DNA from: an uncultured Desulfosarcina sp.
Lineage (GTDB): Bacteria; Desulfobacterota; Desulfobacteria; Desulfobacterales; Desulfosarcinaceae
Direction of reading: 5' to 3'
Assembly (NCBI GenBank): GCA_963674945.2
Contig: CAXXWQ010000004.1
Location: forward strand, 1,472,001 to 1,536,000
DNA length: 64,000 nucleotides
Below the pieces are notes generated by a model. It was given only the letters and a program-made list of their open reading frames with translations, was not told the DNA's origin and made no database searches. Of this stretch, positions 60,486 through 64,000 are shown one piece after another (position 1 is the stretch's first letter; the number at the start of each line of letters is the position of its first letter). The position numbers and the translations under genes were made by a program.

Positions 60486-61679
60486 ATGAAACCGACGCAA
60501 ATCGCCGATGGCATCTACGATGTTGGCGTCATCGACTGGAATATAAGGGATTTTCACGGCTACTCCACCGACCAGGGAACCAGCTACAACGCTTACCTGA
60601 TCATCGATGAAAAGGTGACGCTCATCGACACGGTGAAGGCACCGTTTGCCGATCAACTCATCGGCAACATCTCGCAAATTATCGATCCGAAAAAAATCGA
60701 CGTGGTGATCAGCAATCACACGGAGATGGACCACTCGGGAGCGCTTCCCCGCATTATGCACCGGGTGGGAGAAAACAAACCCCTCTATTGCTCAAAAATG
60801 GGGGCCAAGAACCTGGCGCAGCACTTTTCTGCCCCCTTACAATACCGTGCCGTGAAAGACGGCGAACAATTATCCCTGGGCAAGCGCACCCTCACCTTCT
60901 TGGAAACCCGGATGATCCACTGGCCGGACAGCATGTTCACATACTTGAACGATGATCACATCCTGTTTTCCAGCGATGGATTCGGACAGCATTACGCAGG
61001 GTTCGACAAATTCGACGACCAGGCCGGTCCCGACCTCATGAACCAGGCAAAGAAATACTACGCCAACATCCTGTTGCTCTATGCGCAGCGAATCGAAAAA
61101 CTGATTGAAAAAGTGGTGGCATCGGGAATTAAAATCGACATGATCTGCCCGGATCATGGGGTGATCTGGCGAAAGGACCCGGGAAAAATCATCGATGCCT
61201 ATCTGAAGTGGAGCCGTCAGGAACCGGAAAAGAAGGCGGTTGTGGTCTACGATACCATGTGGAAAAGCACGGAAGCCATGGCCAATGCCGTCGCGCAGGG
61301 AATCTCCTCTGCCGGCGTGAAGGTGAAACCGATTCATATTCGAAGTTCCCATCGCAGCGACATCATGACCGAGGTACTGGATGCCGCCGCCGTAGTGGTG
61401 GGTTCCCCCACCCTGAACAACCAGATGTTTCCCACGGTGGCCGACGTTCTCACCTACATGAAGGGATTGAAACCGGCCAATAAAATCGGCGGTGCATTCG
61501 GCTCCTATGGATGGAGTGGCGAGTCCGTCAAGCTCGTTGCCTCGGAGCTTTCCGCTATGAAATTCCACATGATCGAGGACCAACCCCGACTCCAGTACGT
61601 TCCCGACAAGGACGGCATCGACGCTTGCATGGAATACGGCAAAAAAATCGGCCAGGCCGTACTCGAAGTGGTCCCCTGA
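60486..61679 (+). CDS. fprA: Flavodiiron protein (rubredoxin:oxygen oxidoreductase / FprA)
   Basis: NHTEMDHSG, HWPDSM, DGFGQH, PDHG and a C-terminal flavodoxin domain. Confidence 0.95.
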   Translation: MKPTQIADGIYDVGVIDWNIRDFHGYSTDQGTSYNAYLIIDEKVTLIDTVKAPFADQLIGNISQIIDPKKIDVVISNHTEMDHSGALPRIMHRVGENKPLYCSKMGAKNLAQHFSAPLQYRAVKDGEQLSLGKRTLTFLETRMIHWPDSMFTYLNDDHILFSSDGFGQHYAGFDKFDDQAGPDLMNQAKKYYANILLLYAQRIEKLIEKVVASGIKIDMICPDHGVIWRKDPGKIIDAYLKWSRQEPEKKAVVVYDTMWKSTEAMANAVAQGISSAGVKVKPIHIRSSHRSDIMTEVLDAAAVVVGSPTLNNQMFPTVADVLTYMKGLKPANKIGGAFGSYGWSGESVKLVASELSAMKFHMIEDQPRLQYVPDKDGIDACMEYGKKIGQAVLEVVP

Positions 61680-61870
61680 TGCGCATTCCCGTCGTCGACA
61701 TCGGCACCTGCACCCTCTGCATGGGTTGCGTGGAAGTGTGCCCCCAGGTATTTTCCCAGAATGACGCTGGGTATATCCAGGTCATCGAGATGAATACATA
61801 CCCCGAGGAGGCGGTAAACGAGGCGATCAAATACTGCCCGGAAAATAGTATCTCTTGGGAGGAAAGGTAA
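61679..61870 (+). CDS. Single-cluster ferredoxin
   Basis: CTLCMGCVEVCPQVF...YCPENSI; overlaps the fprA stop codon. Confidence 0.9.
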   Translation: MRIPVVDIGTCTLCMGCVEVCPQVFSQNDAGYIQVIEMNTYPEEAVNEAIKYCPENSISWEER

Positions 61871-62217
61871 TGAAGAAAATCGCATTGTTCGTTTTCAACG
61901 GAGATCCGGTCTGTTTTATCCACGTGTTGCTCAATGGTCTGGATATGAAGGAAAAGGGCATGGATGGCCGCATCATCGTGGAGGGTGCGGCGACGGCCCT
62001 ATTGCCCAAACTGGCCGAGTCGGAAAATCCCCTTCACAAACTGTGGGAAAAGGCCAAATCCCAACAAATCGTCGATGGTGTTTGCAAGGGCTGCGCCCAC
62101 AAAATGGGAACCGTGGATGAAGCCGTCAGACAGGGATTAAAACTGCTGGATGACATGTCCGGCCATCCCTCCATGTCCAGCTATATACAGGATGGATTCG
62201 AGGTAATCTCCTTTTAA
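61870..62217 (+). CDS. DsrE-like protein
   Basis: CFIHVLLN, IIVEGAA, VCKGCA and GHPSMSSYI. Confidence 0.75.
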   Translation: MKKIALFVFNGDPVCFIHVLLNGLDMKEKGMDGRIIVEGAATALLPKLAESENPLHKLWEKAKSQQIVDGVCKGCAHKMGTVDEAVRQGLKLLDDMSGHPSMSSYIQDGFEVISF

Positions 62218-62231
62218 CTAGTCGCTATCTA

Positions 62232-62333
62232 TAGAGTTTCAGAAAAGGTTTTTAGCAAGGCCAGAGGGAGGATGCTGTATAATAATACCGCGACGACCGA
62301 TAACGCAGTCCAAAAACATTTTCTTGAACTCTA
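62232..62333. repeat. Short MITE-like palindromic element (third subfamily)
   Basis: TIRs tagagtttcagaaaaggttttt / aaaaacattttcttgaactcta; core caaggc...gtataataatac...aacgc. Confidence 0.7.
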
Positions 62334-62345
62334 CATTCTTGAATA

Positions 62346-63023
62346 ATGGGAAACCGTGAACTCAAAGCCCGCATCGGCAAACTTCTCGGGGAAGAGAATT
62401 TTGCCGGTGCTTTGACAGAAATCGGCCGAATCCCGTGCCGTCAGGCGGTAAATCCCCTCTTCTCCTTTTTCTATTCGGGAGAGGAGGTCTTCCGCTGGCG
62501 GGCCATCACGGCCATGGGAGAAGTTGTGGCCCGGATGGCCGACACTGCCATGGAACAGGCGCGCGTGGTGATGCGTCGTCTCATGTGGAACCTCAATGAC
62601 GAGTCCGGCGGAATCGGCTGGGGATCACCCGAAGCCATGGGGGAAATCACCGCGCGCCATGAAGGGTTGGCCAAGGAATTCACCGATATCGTAATCTCCT
62701 ACATCAACCCGGAGGGAAATTACCTAGAACACGAAATGATGCAACGGGGCAGCCTGTGGGGGGTCGGACGGCTGGCCCACGCCCGACCGTTGCTGGCCGG
62801 GCCGGCCATGGATTTCCTTCCCGCATTTTTCGACGCCCCCGACCCCTTTTTGCGTGGAACAGCCATCTGGGCGGCCGGTCCGATTCTGACCGATTCGGTC
62901 CGGCCGATGGTCGAAGCCCACCTCTCCGATAATGCGCCCCTTCGCGTATATCGCTCCATGAACATCGAGTCCACGACGGTAGCGCAGCTTTCCATGGAGG
63001 CCATCGCGCTTTTTGGAGGGTAG
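62346..63023 (+). CDS. HEAT-repeat protein (DVU0298-like)
   Basis: RRLMWNLNDESGGIGWGSPEAMGEI; helical repeats. Confidence 0.8.
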   Translation: MGNRELKARIGKLLGEENFAGALTEIGRIPCRQAVNPLFSFFYSGEEVFRWRAITAMGEVVARMADTAMEQARVVMRRLMWNLNDESGGIGWGSPEAMGEITARHEGLAKEFTDIVISYINPEGNYLEHEMMQRGSLWGVGRLAHARPLLAGPAMDFLPAFFDAPDPFLRGTAIWAAGPILTDSVRPMVEAHLSDNAPLRVYRSMNIESTTVAQLSMEAIALFGG

Positions 63024-63221
63024 ATCTCCCGATCTCTTTAAATAAGTGCCTGTTGGCCCCCATTGCAGATAAATTCAATCAGTCCTTGTAAAATCATCGA
63101 AAGAGCCAGTACAGATATGCAATACTGAATCTTATCACATTTTATTGCTTCAGATATATTGTGAATCCAAAAATGGGAATGAAAAATGGTTGAACCCGTC
63201 GGTTAGGAAAACCTGGCATCC

Positions 63222-63593
63222 TCAACCAGCATGACCGGCTGATGAGAGGGTTTTGCATACGTGGTACAAAGCAAACGGCTTTAGGAAGAAATGATCTGCG
63301 ATTCCTTCTTTCATCAGGTTGCTGCCAATCTCACCGTCTCCCCCGGTCATCACAGCCACCTTCGTGTGCGGTGACGCTCTGCGTATATGGGTGGCCAACT
63401 CTTCACCAGACAGACCCGGCATACGAATATCGGTTAAAACGATATCGATCTTCTCCTTATCGAAGATGCCCAAACCATCATTGCCGTTTTCAGCCGTAAA
63501 CACCCTATGCCCGTAGAGCCGAAAGGCTGTGGCAAGCACATCCAAGATAAATGTGTCATCATCGACGATCAGAATAGATTTGGCGACCGGCAT
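63222..63593 (-). CDS. Single-domain response regulator
   Basis: ILIVDDD, TDIRMP, MTG and KPF. Confidence 0.9.
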   Translation of the reverse strand: MPVAKSILIVDDDTFILDVLATAFRLYGHRVFTAENGNDGLGIFDKEKIDIVLTDIRMPGLSGEELATHIRRASPHTKVAVMTGGDGEIGSNLMKEGIADHFFLKPFALYHVCKTLSSAGHAG

Positions 63594-64000
63594 TGTGCAT
63601 ACCCCACTTCCACGTAAACATTAAATCACGACTACCTACTGTACCAATCCCGGTGGTGCAAAATGCAACAACTGTGCAAACAGAGCTGTTTATGTAAAAT
63701 TATCCATAGAAACAATAGGTTATTATGATTGGTAAAACCCATCGGTTGTGTAAAATAGACCAATAATTGAAAGAATTTAGACAAAATTTGTCAACTGTCG
63801 GCTCAAATTTGGCCCGGGTGGGGTGATGCGGCAAGACGAATGGGACGCCCATCTCAGACGGGCCTCCGCCCACCCAATTCATAATTCCGGCTATCGCTTC
63901 CAACGATACGAAGGAAGGTGGGTTTGAAAAAGTGTCAATGGCAATGTCATTGAGTTCTTTAGAAAAATCAGATACAAACTTGAGAATATTGTAAATCTCG

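Noticed and set aside
1..64000. CRISPR array, cas genes, rRNA, prophage or defence system
   Set aside because: No regularly spaced direct repeats or recognisable genes; the repeats seen are isolated palindromes.

Overview
Gene-dense window from an anaerobic Desulfobacterota (Desulfobacterales/Desulfosarcina-like; inferred from gene content). In order: rtcB (partial), uppP, a MerR-HTH/pseudo-cyclase, an internally deleted SelO, and a sigma54-controlled porin/DsrE/octaheme cytochrome/cytochrome b operon with its divergent PAS activator. Then cspA, a PPIase, a HydC-DRTGG-HydB-(RnfB/GltD fusion)-RseC redox operon with no hydrogenase subunit, and a purine salvage operon (punA-mtaD-ade). A decayed group II intron sits precisely in one arm of a REP-like inverted repeat, next to a 2692-aa enediyne-type (PksE-like) iterative PKS with extra ACPs and two fused hot-dog thioesterases. 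Next come a GalT/HIT-like protein, a kinase-lipoprotein-sigma54 regulator triad, and an unannotated 55-aa membrane protein with an in-frame UGA and SECIS-like hairpin (candidate selenoprotein) leading an ECF sigma/ZAS anti-sigma pair. The window ends with prs and a ~15 kb oxygen/ROS-defence island (trxC, tpx, rubrerythrin, desulfoferrodoxin, cydAB, rubredoxins, flavodiiron protein). Four dispersed MITE-like palindromic elements share a core motif. No CRISPR array, rRNA or tRNA was seen. All calls come from motif recognition by eye; no searches were run.
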